A stretch of 64,000 nucleotides of DNA. It comes from an uncultured SAR86 cluster bacterium. Lineage in GTDB: Bacteria; Pseudomonadota; Gammaproteobacteria; Magnimaribacterales; D2472. The first letter of the stretch is position 1. Each line of letters opens with the position of its first letter. The stretch spans positions 40,995 through 104,994 of the forward strand of contig CABYNW010000004.1 in the NCBI GenBank assembly GCA_902520495.1, given 5' to 3'. Both the position numbers and the translations under genes were made by a program. The notes below the pieces were generated by a model that did no database searches, was not told the DNA's origin, and saw only the letters and a program-made list of their open reading frames with translations. Of this stretch, positions 37,899-48,081 are shown piece after piece.

Positions 37899-40750
37899 GG
37901 GGTTATTCTTGATCTAGTTCCTAATCCCGGACCATAAACAATAGCATTTAACCATAATCTATTAGTTCCAAGTGTTGCTCCTCTAAAATTTGGTTCACCT
38001 GAAAATAATATAACCTGACCATCTCCAATTCTTTCTCTCGTCAAATAAGCAGAGTTAGCGATCCTTTGGGATGCCTCCGGCCAGACTAATCCACTCATTC
38101 TTACGTTAAGATCATTACCTGCAGGCAAGCTAGACCAATTTATAACTCTTGGATCTTCAATTTCATTATTAGGAATCATTTGACCTATTCTTACAGGTGC
38201 ATCAACGTAACTTCTTGCCATAAGAATAGGGAGGTTGCTATATAAAACAGGTATAGTATTTGGTGTTCCAAATGTTAACCAATGTTCATCATCAATCCTT
38301 CCTGCAACTATTGATCCTGATGGCATAAAGATTGATTGCCATTTATCTCTAGATTTAAGTTCTTTTTCAGATAAAGTTCCTTCTAACTCTTCCCAAGGAT
38401 AAGTTATATCAAAATCTATAACGTTGTTATTTGTTTTATCTTTATCAACATCTTCATATTGAGAATATACTTCTCTCAATAGATCAAAATTATACTGCTC
38501 ACTTTCATCAAAAGTATTTTGGAGCTGTTTAACACTACCAATTCCATATTCTGATGTTAAAAATCTAGTACTTCTGTTATGTGCAATTAATGTCCCACCC
38601 TGTGAAACCCAATCAAGTAGAGTATCTATTGTATATTCATCAATTGCTCGGCCACTAGGGACAATAATAGTGTTATATCTTCTTAAATCTCCATAACTTG
38701 CAAGTGATGCATTTATTAGACTGTGTCTTATTCCTAAATGATGATCTAATGACCACCAACTAACTCCTACATCATAAGAGTTAAACCCTTCATGGCTTAA
38801 CATAGCTATTTGGGGTTTTTCTAATAATCTAAAATGCCTACCACCCCAATCTGGAAGCTCTTCTGGACCAAATCCTGATTCAACTGAAACAACAGATACA
38901 TTTAACTCTTCTGAAACTAGTTTTACTAAATTTTGTAAATTAGTAACGTTTGGATTATCCATTGGTAAAACAGCAATACTTCCTCTAGATAATTTATGAT
39001 TGGATAGGGTAGATTCCTTATCAATTATCCTTACTTCTATATTTTGTTCCATTAGACGCGCAGCAAAAGCTACAGAATTATCATCTTCTCCATTAGTTGC
39101 CCAAATAACTGCACCTTTAGTAATTTCACTAGTAACTGGTGACGGGTTCCAAGTTTCTAGATTTGAATCTAAATTTTCATCTAACGTAACTGCATCTAAG
39201 CCATACATCATAGTAAAATTAAAGGCAGTGGTGTCATACATAACTGAAGAACCACTTTTTAAGCTTTTTTGCCTTTCTTCAACTAAAACATCTGTATTTA
39301 TGTCAGCATCAAATTCTAATATTGCAGCAATAAGTGGAGCCTCTGGCTGTCTATTAGGAATAATCATACTTCCAGCAGGAATTGAATAATTCTGGATAAT
39401 TTCACCAGATTGTAAAGTGGCATTTTCGACTTTAATATCTTTAGTATTTTTATAAAGCTCTATATCTTGAGCTCTTAATTTTTCAGCTAAAGTATTTAAC
39501 CTAGTATTATTATCTGTTGGTAAAACTACAAAAGTTTGACTAGCATATTTGCTATCTTTAGAGACATTGTATTTTCTGCCATCCCAATAGTCTTTATACA
39601 TTTCCTTTGAATTATTAAGCAATGACTCAAGATTAACCAAGGTGCTTATATATTGGTGGTGAACAGATTCTTTATAAGATTGTATAGTTCCTTCTGGTCT
39701 TCTAACACCATCCTCTGCCATTCTAGATTGTTCATATAAAATGCCAAGAGTACCTCTAAATTGTACGTAAAATGAATAACCAGGGTAGAGGTCTTCATGC
39801 CATTCACCGGTATAGAAACGCCAATTTCTTTTATCAAAAGCACTTCCTTGATCTTGCGCAAATACATTACCCCATTTAATTAAATCAGTGTCTATATTTT
39901 TATTAATAGGCTCTCTAGGCGGACCAGTCATAAATGTATCTTGTGGGCCCATTTCATGACCATCTACAAGTATTTGTGGCCTCCATTCATTAATTAATTT
40001 AACTCTTCCTTTAGTTTCAGGTTGGGTTAAATAGAACCAATCTCTATTTAAATCAAAATAATAATGGTTTGTTCTTCCATAAGGCCAGTCACCTGTATGA
40101 AGCAATGATTGATCATCGTAATTTGGCGCAGTACCCCTATATTGTTCAAGAGATTTAGCAAACCTTGCACGCCCGTCAGGATTCATTAAAGGATCAACGA
40201 TAATCACCATGTTATCCAACATATCTATAACGTCTTCGTCAATACTAGCAATAAGGTGATATATAGCTGCTAAAGCTCCATCTGCACCAGATGTTTCATT
40301 GCCATGAATAGAGTACGCCATCCATGCAACTGCAGGCATATCATCTATTAATGATTTTGCTTGTCTGTCAGAAGTAATTCTGGCATCAGCTAATTTAGTA
40401 ATATCTTCTTTTATTGCTTCTAAATTTTTAATATTGTTCGGAGATGATATGAATACTGCATGAAGAGGTCTATCTTCATGAGTTCTTGCATATTCAATAA
40501 CTTTTATTCTATCTGATTCATTTGACCATGTTTTAAGGGCACTTGTTATTTGCCAAGGAGCAGCAACTCTTTCTCCAATACCAAAACCTAAAAACTCATC
40601 AGGAGGAGTAACATCTTCTGAATATGTGCCATCTAAAATAGGAATTTGATATAAATCTTTCGAATAAGAAGTTGGATTCATCAAGTCATCTGAATGAAGA
40701 ACATTAGTTAAAGATATTGTAAAAAGGACCGCAATTAATTTAATTTTCAT
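37895..40750 (-). CDS. secreted M14-family zinc carboxypeptidase-like protein with large C-terminal extension
   Basis: 951 aa. Signal peptide MKIKLIAVLFTISLTNVLHS. M14 zinc-binding block AYSIHGNETSGADG and downstream NPDGR. About 600 extra C-terminal residues. Confidence 0.75.
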   Translation of the reverse strand: MKIKLIAVLFTISLTNVLHSDDLMNPTSYSKDLYQIPILDGTYSEDVTPPDEFLGFGIGERVAAPWQITSALKTWSNESDRIKVIEYARTHEDRPLHAVFISSPNNIKNLEAIKEDITKLADARITSDRQAKSLIDDMPAVAWMAYSIHGNETSGADGALAAIYHLIASIDEDVIDMLDNMVIIVDPLMNPDGRARFAKSLEQYRGTAPNYDDQSLLHTGDWPYGRTNHYYFDLNRDWFYLTQPETKGRVKLINEWRPQILVDGHEMGPQDTFMTGPPREPINKNIDTDLIKWGNVFAQDQGSAFDKRNWRFYTGEWHEDLYPGYSFYVQFRGTLGILYEQSRMAEDGVRRPEGTIQSYKESVHHQYISTLVNLESLLNNSKEMYKDYWDGRKYNVSKDSKYASQTFVVLPTDNNTRLNTLAEKLRAQDIELYKNTKDIKVENATLQSGEIIQNYSIPAGSMIIPNRQPEAPLIAAILEFDADINTDVLVEERQKSLKSGSSVMYDTTAFNFTMMYGLDAVTLDENLDSNLETWNPSPVTSEITKGAVIWATNGEDDNSVAFAARLMEQNIEVRIIDKESTLSNHKLSRGSIAVLPMDNPNVTNLQNLVKLVSEELNVSVVSVESGFGPEELPDWGGRHFRLLEKPQIAMLSHEGFNSYDVGVSWWSLDHHLGIRHSLINASLASYGDLRRYNTIIVPSGRAIDEYTIDTLLDWVSQGGTLIAHNRSTRFLTSEYGIGSVKQLQNTFDESEQYNFDLLREVYSQYEDVDKDKTNNNVIDFDITYPWEELEGTLSEKELKSRDKWQSIFMPSGSIVAGRIDDEHWLTFGTPNTIPVLYSNLPILMARSYVDAPVRIGQMIPNNEIEDPRVINWSSLPAGNDLNVRMSGLVWPEASQRIANSAYLTRERIGDGQVILFSGEPNFRGATLGTNRLWLNAIVYGPGLGTRSRITP

Positions 40751-40858
40751 AAGATTATATTAATGTAATTAAGAAAAATCTGCATTAAATTTTCTTAATG
40801 ATAAATATATGGTTATCATTGATTTATATTTAATTAATTACCTTGAATAGGAGAAATC

Positions 40859-41164
40859 ATGAAAAATTTAGTAATTGTATCTTTTCCAGCTAAAGAGGGG
40901 ATGTTGGAAAATCTTAAAGAAACCTTAAAAGCCGCTTTGCCTGAAACAAGATCATTTGATGGATGTATATCAGTTGATACATATATTGAAGATTCAACTA
41001 GTACAGTTCACCTTATAGAAGATTGGGAATCATTAGATCACCAATCTAAGTATCTTAATTGGAGGATTGAAACAGGTCTTTTGGGAGTATTAGAACCATT
41101 GTTAGAAGGAGGGGCGGCAGGTCTTAAAGCTATAGTATGTGGTCCTAAATACGAGAATATTTAA
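40859..41164 (+). CDS. antibiotic-biosynthesis-monooxygenase (ABM) domain protein
   Basis: 101 aa. Ferredoxin-like ABM pattern (VSFPAKEG ... ETRSFDGCISVDTYIED ... IEDWESLDHQSKYLNWR). RBS AGGAGA. Confidence 0.6.
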   Translation: MKNLVIVSFPAKEGMLENLKETLKAALPETRSFDGCISVDTYIEDSTSTVHLIEDWESLDHQSKYLNWRIETGLLGVLEPLLEGGAAGLKAIVCGPKYENI

Positions 41165-41221
41165 CATCATTATATTATACTACTTCGCATAATATATATT
41201 ATGTTAACTTATATTAGTTAA

Positions 41222-43861
41222 TTACTTTAAATTTATAATCTTTATAACTTCAAAAGAATTGTTTTCAATGCGTTTACTATAAGTAATGAAGTATGGATCT
41301 AAATTAAGAGGATAAGCTATTTTGTATCCATTTATAGGAATCTCTGCATTAAATATAGTCTCTTGTTCATATCCAATGTGTTGCAGTCTTGTCTCAAATG
41401 GATTACCTAAGCCTAATCTATAAGTTGGATTCATATTTTTATCATGAAATGTAACTATGTATTTATCTTTAATATTAATAGAACTATTTTTAATAAATTC
41501 TTTCTTTACTGTTGATGTTTGTAAATTCGTAATATTGATATTTTTGTTCGATAAATTAATTGTAAGTATTTTTTCATTGTCTCCAATCTGAGGCTTGATA
41601 TTAAAAAAATTCTTAGGCTTATTATTTTTTGAAAAAGATGTGCTTATAGTAGCTGGTTCATAATTTTTCCAATTAATTTTATAACTGTAGCCCAGAGAAC
41701 AACATTGTTCTGCATATAGGTAATTATCAAGGTTTGATAAATCAACTGTGTCGTCATGGTCCACGTTCCCATCTGTTTTATGCCAAAACCATGAACCAAC
41801 ATAAGGATTATTAGGATTATTATTAGGGTTAGTATTTGGATCAGGATCATAATATGACCAGCCTCCATATAGATTAAAAATACCAGCATAAAGATCTAAG
41901 GGATTTAAAGGGTCGTTTGGAGCTATTAAATTACCTGTAAGGTCTTGAACTTGCCATGAATAGGTTATCATTGAATCATCATCCGGCCTATCAAATGTTA
42001 CTTCTAATTGATTTTCTAAATCAATTTGCTCAACCCCATCAACATACCATGATAGTTTTAGCTTATTTGTATCGTATTCACCATTAATATCAAATGTAAT
42101 ATATTCCCCTATTGATTCAGAATTATTTAAGTCCACGTCATTATTTACATCAGATTTAATAATAAAATCTGTGAATCCATTAAATTGATTTCTAATGGAT
42201 CCAGCTGCAAATCCCTCAACATTTATTTTTCCATAATCAAGAACACAGCACCACATAACACTTATCCATTTAGGCCTATATGTCTCTTCTTCATCATAAT
42301 AAGTACCTTGAAATAAGCCTATTTTTTCCTTACATGAATCGTCTTCATTTGTACCAGGGTAATTTGGATCATAATCAGTATCATTTTCATCATACGTATT
42401 GTAGTAACACTCACAATCCTCATATTCCATGTCATCACGATAATAAATGCTGCCATCTGCATAGTTGTAACAAACATCGTAATCAACACCAGGAACATTC
42501 GTTATGTCTTCAATAAAATGATTCCATTTAACTTTTGTTGGATCAGAAACTTCTGTAGTATTTACGCTGAAATCTGCATACCAGGGTGAAAATGTTCGTT
42601 CTCCACGCGAATCATATTCATCACCCATAAAGCCATGTGAATGACCTAATTCATGTTGGACTATTTCATAGGTTCTTGATGACAGAGGTTGAATATTTAC
42701 AGCACCTTGCGCGACCCCTCTTCCGCTTAATGTTGTTAAAAATGAAACTACATCCCAGTCACCAGCTATATCACCAATCATTTCTCTATCAACATTTCCT
42801 ATACAATAAATTCTATCATCCCAAGATGCATAACAACCTGTTTCTATATTAAATAATGAAGCACCAGATGGGTTTGTTTCTTCTAAAACTCTAATATTGA
42901 AATAATCATTAAACATTTCACTAGCATCAGAATTTTTTAAATTATTAACTGACTCTAAAAGCCTTAAATGAAATTCATCTCTATCACTTGTATCATTTAT
43001 TTGATCAGCAATAAAAATATAATCTGTTTTAGCTGTGGTTTCTGAACTGCCGACCAAATAGTACAAATATTGTTCGGTAGATAAACAATTTAATTCGTCC
43101 TCATCGCAGTTATAAGAAATTGTTTGAACATCTTTATCTGAGATGAAATAGGCTTCTAAGTCCCCTTCACAGGTTAAATCAGTGCCATCATTAGCACATA
43201 TGTTCATATTAAATAATCCTGCTGTTTGTAGGGAATCAACATAAAAATCTAAGCTTTGTTCTTCTATAAATTCATCACCGCTTGGTATTGAGATTATATC
43301 GAGCTGAGCATTTATATTTTCATTTGGCAGCCGGCCATAGAAAGTTAATTCGCTTAATTCGTTATCGACATCGATAATCTCAACTTTTATGTTCAATACA
43401 TCATCAATTATTAAGCTTGTATCTGAATAAACGCTTAACTCATCAATTATGTTTATTACAGGTGGATCATTTACAGGATTGATATTAATAGCAATAGTCA
43501 TATTCTTTATTAATGTTTCTCCTGTTATAATATTATTATCGTCCAACCTTTGGGCTGTAACTTTAATAGTAAAACTGTCACCACCAAAATAATCTTGATT
43601 AGGTTCATAGGTATATAAACCTGAAGTGGTTAAATTAGATTCACCATTAGTTGTTGAATAAGTAATTTCATAAGTAATTTGTGATTTGTAATTTGTCGTT
43701 GCTGAAATCGTTGATGTATATGGATTATCTTCGTTTATAGAAATAGTTGATAACATAGGTAATGTTAAAGAAAAAGGCGGCGACCCACCTCCGCCACAAG
43801 AAGTTAGTATAAACAGATAAAAAAATAATATTAATGATGAATTTTTTTTCATTAAGAACAA
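41222..43861 (-). CDS. lipoprotein with cadherin/Ig-like N-domain and M64-like zinc metallopeptidase domain
   Basis: 879 aa. Lipobox ILTSCGGGG. N-terminal cadherin-like module (YTYEPNQDYFGGDSFTIKV ... NPVNDPPVI). HExxH block VQHELGHSHGFMGDEYD resembles the M64 (IgA-peptidase-type) signature HExGHsf.gL.DEY. Confidence 0.7.
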   Translation of the reverse strand: MFLMKKNSSLILFFYLFILTSCGGGGSPPFSLTLPMLSTISINEDNPYTSTISATTNYKSQITYEITYSTTNGESNLTTSGLYTYEPNQDYFGGDSFTIKVTAQRLDDNNIITGETLIKNMTIAININPVNDPPVINIIDELSVYSDTSLIIDDVLNIKVEIIDVDNELSELTFYGRLPNENINAQLDIISIPSGDEFIEEQSLDFYVDSLQTAGLFNMNICANDGTDLTCEGDLEAYFISDKDVQTISYNCDEDELNCLSTEQYLYYLVGSSETTAKTDYIFIADQINDTSDRDEFHLRLLESVNNLKNSDASEMFNDYFNIRVLEETNPSGASLFNIETGCYASWDDRIYCIGNVDREMIGDIAGDWDVVSFLTTLSGRGVAQGAVNIQPLSSRTYEIVQHELGHSHGFMGDEYDSRGERTFSPWYADFSVNTTEVSDPTKVKWNHFIEDITNVPGVDYDVCYNYADGSIYYRDDMEYEDCECYYNTYDENDTDYDPNYPGTNEDDSCKEKIGLFQGTYYDEEETYRPKWISVMWCCVLDYGKINVEGFAAGSIRNQFNGFTDFIIKSDVNNDVDLNNSESIGEYITFDINGEYDTNKLKLSWYVDGVEQIDLENQLEVTFDRPDDDSMITYSWQVQDLTGNLIAPNDPLNPLDLYAGIFNLYGGWSYYDPDPNTNPNNNPNNPYVGSWFWHKTDGNVDHDDTVDLSNLDNYLYAEQCCSLGYSYKINWKNYEPATISTSFSKNNKPKNFFNIKPQIGDNEKILTINLSNKNINITNLQTSTVKKEFIKNSSINIKDKYIVTFHDKNMNPTYRLGLGNPFETRLQHIGYEQETIFNAEIPINGYKIAYPLNLDPYFITYSKRIENNSFEVIKIINLK

Positions 43862-43927
43862 TTATAAGCTTATTATAAATAATAATTAAATTTCATTAAT
43901 CATTTAATTAGTTTAGAATGGCTATCT

Positions 43928-44146
43928 ATGCCAAAAGAAGATCAATTAGAGTTTCAAGGTGAAGTAATAGAAACTCTTCCTAATACAAAATTTAAAGTTA
44001 AATTAGAAAACGACCATATTATTACAGCTCATATCTCAGGAAAAATGCGCAAACATTACATTAGGATCTTAACTGGTGATAAGGTTAAAGTTGAAATGAC
44101 CCCTTATGACTTAAGCGTTGGGAGAATAACTTTCAGAGGCAGATAG
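43928..44146 (+). CDS. infA: translation initiation factor IF-1
   Basis: 72 aa, near-identical in pattern to E. coli IF-1 (ETLPNT.F.V.LEN.H...[32 protein letters not shown]). Confidence 0.95.
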   Translation: MPKEDQLEFQGEVIETLPNTKFKVKLENDHIITAHISGKMRKHYIRILTGDKVKVEMTPYDLSVGRITFRGR

Positions 44147-44149
44147 GAT

Positions 44150-45490
44150 ATGAGAAATTTCTTAATCATCCTATTACTTATTATTTCGGCATTTATTAAC
44201 TCTCAAGAAGCTGAATTTCAAACCACTATCGTTGATGATATTAAGCAGATTCAAAATAATCAAAAAATGCATATTGATAAAGCGAATAAATTTGTTGAAG
44301 AATTTATTCAACCCATAATGACTGGTCAAGCATATGACATCACTATTAGTAATGTTCAATTACTCTCTGAATATCAAGATGAGAACATAATAAAGTGTAA
44401 TTTTGGTGGAATGTATACTCAACAGCGATGTCTTGATGAAGTTGCTTATATTGCTAAGTATGATAATGATTATTTTACATCTGAATCTAATACAAATATT
44501 GTGCTCCCTTTTGATTATATTGTTAACAAAAATAATATGAGCAGCTCTAAGTCAATTATTATTCAGTTCGGTATATCCTTAAAGCCATCATTTCAAAATT
44601 TACTAATTAAATATCTAGATGAAAGTACTGATGGAAAAGATATATTAAGTTATAGCGTACTACCTAGTCCTAGTTCAGGTGAATGGTCCCAAAATAATTA
44701 TGCAAACTGTAATGGCCCAAATGGTACGTCTTTCAATAACGGTCATTGCAAAGGATCACTTGCACTTTATGGTGGAAATCTACCAGAATGGAATTATAGT
44801 AATTGGGAAAATAGAGAAACTTTTGTTATTGACTTCGTTGATAGGCAAAAAAAAATAGTGACCTATTACAATCTTTCTGGATTTAGACAGGCTTTAGTTA
44901 ATGGAAGAAAAAATAGGTTCTTAGTAGATATATGTGAATCATTTAAAAGTAGTTCATTCTTTAAAGAAGAAAATCAAATGTCAACAAATTATATACATTC
45001 AGAATATGTTCAATTTGATGACATTTTAGTCTCTTTAAATGATAGTGATAAAAATATCTATAAAGAAATAATTATTAATACTCAACAAATGACAGATTAT
45101 ATTTCTACATCTTTTTCAGATAATCGAGCAAGTATGACTCCTGGAATAGAGTTAGCTAATAATTATATTTTTACTTACAGATTAGGAGGCATAAATCCTA
45201 AAGGTTGGAGTAAAGCAGGTACAAATATCTTCAATAGGAAATATATGGATCATTTAGGCCCTATAGGAACCATAGGTCACTTGATTACAGATAGAAAAGA
45301 TGACATGGAAAAAGGCTGCTCAAATATGAAAGGAACATCAATGCAAATGCCTGCCTTTTCAATAGTTTCAAATTACGAATATAATTTAATAGTTCCAGTA
45401 AATAGCTCAGAATTAGATAAACTTAATTCAGTAGATATCAAGTATGTGCCTGGTTTATCCTCATGGGACAAGCAACTTATAATTAGATAA
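44150..45490 (+). CDS. hypothetical secreted protein
   Basis: 446 aa. Signal peptide MRNFLIILLLIISAFINSQEA and 7 Cys. I recognise no family. The ATG is 3 nt after the infA stop. Confidence 0.5.
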   Translation: MRNFLIILLLIISAFINSQEAEFQTTIVDDIKQIQNNQKMHIDKANKFVEEFIQPIMTGQAYDITISNVQLLSEYQDENIIKCNFGGMYTQQRCLDEVAYIAKYDNDYFTSESNTNIVLPFDYIVNKNNMSSSKSIIIQFGISLKPSFQNLLIKYLDESTDGKDILSYSVLPSPSSGEWSQNNYANCNGPNGTSFNNGHCKGSLALYGGNLPEWNYSNWENRETFVIDFVDRQKKIVTYYNLSGFRQALVNGRKNRFLVDICESFKSSSFFKEENQMSTNYIHSEYVQFDDILVSLNDSDKNIYKEIIINTQQMTDYISTSFSDNRASMTPGIELANNYIFTYRLGGINPKGWSKAGTNIFNRKYMDHLGPIGTIGHLITDRKDDMEKGCSNMKGTSMQMPAFSIVSNYEYNLIVPVNSSELDKLNSVDIKYVPGLSSWDKQLIIR

Positions 45491-45491
45491 A

Positions 45492-47732
45492 TTAAACTTT
45501 GACCTTGGTTTTGGTTTCAATAAATTTTAAATCCCCTTTCTCTATATCTAATTTAATAACACCCCCACTCTTTAAATTACCAAACAATAATTTATCAACT
45601 AATGGTTTTTTAATATTTTGGGATATAAATCTTTCCATGGGTCTTGCTCCCATTTCTTTGTCATAGCCATTTTCAGCAATCCAATTAATAACTTTTTTGC
45701 TTACAACTATTTCAACATTTCTTTTATCAAGTTGCGCTTGAAGTTTTACAAGGAATTTATCAACGATCGATAAAATAACATTCTTATCTAAATAATTAAA
45801 TTGTATTGTTTCATCTAGCCTATTCCTAAATTCAGGAGAAAATAGCTTATTCAGTGAATTCATTGCATCAGTTTCGTTGGTTGATTCAGCAAAACCAATA
45901 TTTCTTTTGCTCAATAATTCCGCACCAATATTAGTTGTCATTATTAATATGACATTTCTAAAATCAGACTTTCTACCATTATTGTCAGTTAATACTCCAG
46001 CATCCATAACTTGAAGCAATATGTTAAAGATATCTGGATGTGCTTTTTCGATTTCATCCAAGAGAAGAACACAATGAGGTGTCTTTACAATAGATTCAGT
46101 TAAAAGACCGCCTTGATCAAATCCTACATATCCAGGAGGAGCTCCAATCAACCTTGAAACCGTATGCCTTTCCATATATTCACTCATATCAAATCTAACT
46201 AGATCTATTCCTAATATTTGAGAAAGTTGTTTAGATATTTCAGTTTTTCCAACACCAGTCGGTCCAGTAAAGAGAAATGAACCAATTGTTTTATTTTCGT
46301 CTCTTAGACCGACTCTCGATAACTTAATTGCATTTGATAGTGTCTCAACAGCTTTATCTTGCCCAAAAATAACCCTTTTTAGGTTTTCCTCAATATTTTT
46401 AAGATTTTTCTTATCAGTTAATGAAATAGATTGTTCCGGTATTTTAGTTATTTTTGAGATGGTCATTTCTATATCACTCTTATTAACATTGATAACTTTT
46501 TCGTTCTTTCTATTAATATTTAAAAGAGCGCCTGTTTCATCAACTACGTCTATTGCTTTATCTGGTAAAAATCTATCATTTATGTACTTTGATGATAATT
46601 CTACTGCTGATTTTATAGATTCGTCTGTATATTTAACATTATGGTAATTTTCGTAAATATCTTTAATACCATTAAGGATTTCTTCACATTCATCAAACGA
46701 AGGCTCTGTTACGTCTATTTTTTGAAATCTTCTAGATAAGGCTTGGTTTTGATTAAATATTCCTCTGTATTCTTGAAAAGTAGTAGATCCAATACATCTA
46801 ATTTGACCTTTACCAAGAGCAGGCTTAAGAATATTTGAAACATCAAGCGATCCACCGGAGGCAGATCCTGCTCCTATAATTGTATGAATTTCATCTATAA
46901 AAAGAATGGGGTTATTTTCTTTAGAAAGAAAATTTAATACGTTTTTAAGTCTTTTTTCAAAATCACCTCTATATTTTGTTCCAGCTATTAGTGCTGCTAT
47001 ATCTAAAGAATAAACAATTGTATCTTCGATAATAGATGGAACTTGCTTATTCGATATTAAGTACGCAAGGCCTTCAGCAATGGCAGTTTTCCCAACACCC
47101 GATTCTCCAACTAATAAAGGATTATTTTTATTACGCCTTGAGAGGATTTGAATTAATCTTTCAATCTCTTTTTTTCTACCGATAACTTTATCAATTTTAT
47201 TGTTACTAACTAAATCATTTAGATTAATAAGAAATTCATTTTGATTGGATGACTTGGTTTTATTTGTTTCGTTGCTTTGTTCTTCATTATCAGATATTTC
47301 ATTTGTTTGTTTTGGACCATGTGATAAATAACTTACTACATCTAATCTATTTAACTTATATTTACTTAAAAGAAATACAGAATGTGATTCCTTCTCTGAG
47401 AAAATTGCAACAAGAATATTAATAGGCTTAACTACACCTTTCCCAGAAGATTGAATATGAAAAACAGCTCTTTGTAGAACTCTTTGAAATCCAAGAGTTG
47501 GTTGAACAGGTTTTTGTTGATCAATTTTTGATATGACAGTTTCTTTTAAGTGTGCATCTAAATCATTTTTTAAGTTATCAATTTTAATATTTTCAGATTT
47601 AAAAAATTCTATTACATCAAAATCATTAAGTATCATTAATAATAGGTGTTCAACGGTTATATATTGGACGCCAGCTTCATGAGCTTTATCGAATAGGGTT
47701 GCAATAGATAATTCTAATTCTTTACTAAACAT
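45492..47732 (-). CDS. clpA: ATP-dependent Clp protease ATP-binding subunit ClpA
   Basis: 746 aa. Clp N-domain and two AAA+ modules (GESGVGKTAIAEGLA, GPTGVGKTEISKQL), with ClpA-type length and no middle coiled coil. Confidence 0.95.
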   Translation of the reverse strand: MFSKELELSIATLFDKAHEAGVQYITVEHLLLMILNDFDVIEFFKSENIKIDNLKNDLDAHLKETVISKIDQQKPVQPTLGFQRVLQRAVFHIQSSGKGVVKPINILVAIFSEKESHSVFLLSKYKLNRLDVVSYLSHGPKQTNEISDNEEQSNETNKTKSSNQNEFLINLNDLVSNNKIDKVIGRKKEIERLIQILSRRNKNNPLLVGESGVGKTAIAEGLAYLISNKQVPSIIEDTIVYSLDIAALIAGTKYRGDFEKRLKNVLNFLSKENNPILFIDEIHTIIGAGSASGGSLDVSNILKPALGKGQIRCIGSTTFQEYRGIFNQNQALSRRFQKIDVTEPSFDECEEILNGIKDIYENYHNVKYTDESIKSAVELSSKYINDRFLPDKAIDVVDETGALLNINRKNEKVINVNKSDIEMTISKITKIPEQSISLTDKKNLKNIEENLKRVIFGQDKAVETLSNAIKLSRVGLRDENKTIGSFLFTGPTGVGKTEISKQLSQILGIDLVRFDMSEYMERHTVSRLIGAPPGYVGFDQGGLLTESIVKTPHCVLLLDEIEKAHPDIFNILLQVMDAGVLTDNNGRKSDFRNVILIMTTNIGAELLSKRNIGFAESTNETDAMNSLNKLFSPEFRNRLDETIQFNYLDKNVILSIVDKFLVKLQAQLDKRNVEIVVSKKVINWIAENGYDKEMGARPMERFISQNIKKPLVDKLLFGNLKSGGVIKLDIEKGDLKFIETKTKVKV

Positions 47733-47733
47733 A

Positions 47734-48081
47734 TTAATCAGTTAACGGTTCAATTTCACTTAATAATGGATGGCCATGATCTTTTGCCATAGTATTTACT
47801 TCATATGACATCATTTCAGCAATCTCTTTTGAAAATATACCACAAACACCCTTTCCTTTTGTATGAACTTCCATCATTATTTCAGTTGATTTTTGATGAT
47901 TATGACCAAAAACAGTCTGAAGTACAAAAACTACGAACTCCATAGGAGTATAGTCGTCATTAATTAATATCACTTGATATGATGGTGGTTCTTTAACTTC
48001 AGGATCTTTTTCTACTACAAATACAAGCCCAGTGTCTATAGTTGAATCATCATTGTCATTATCTTCCGACAATCTAAACAT
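47734..48081 (-). CDS. clpS: ATP-dependent Clp protease adapter ClpS
   Basis: 115 aa. ClpS core PPSYQVILINDDYTPMEFVVFVLQTVF. Confidence 0.9.
   Translation of the reverse strand: MFRLSEDNDNDDSTIDTGLVFVVEKDPEVKEPPSYQVILINDDYTPMEFVVFVLQTVFGHNHQKSTEIMMEVHTKGKGVCGIFSKEIAEMMSYEVNTMAKDHGHPLLSEIEPLTD

Noticed and set aside
41188-41203. 16-nt perfect AT palindrome (CATAATATATATTATG) in the only real convergent spacer, considered as a bidirectional terminator.
   Set aside because: It is all A/T apart from the closing pair and has no flanking T-run of note. It is too weak to call as a feature and is mentioned only in the convergent-junction finding.
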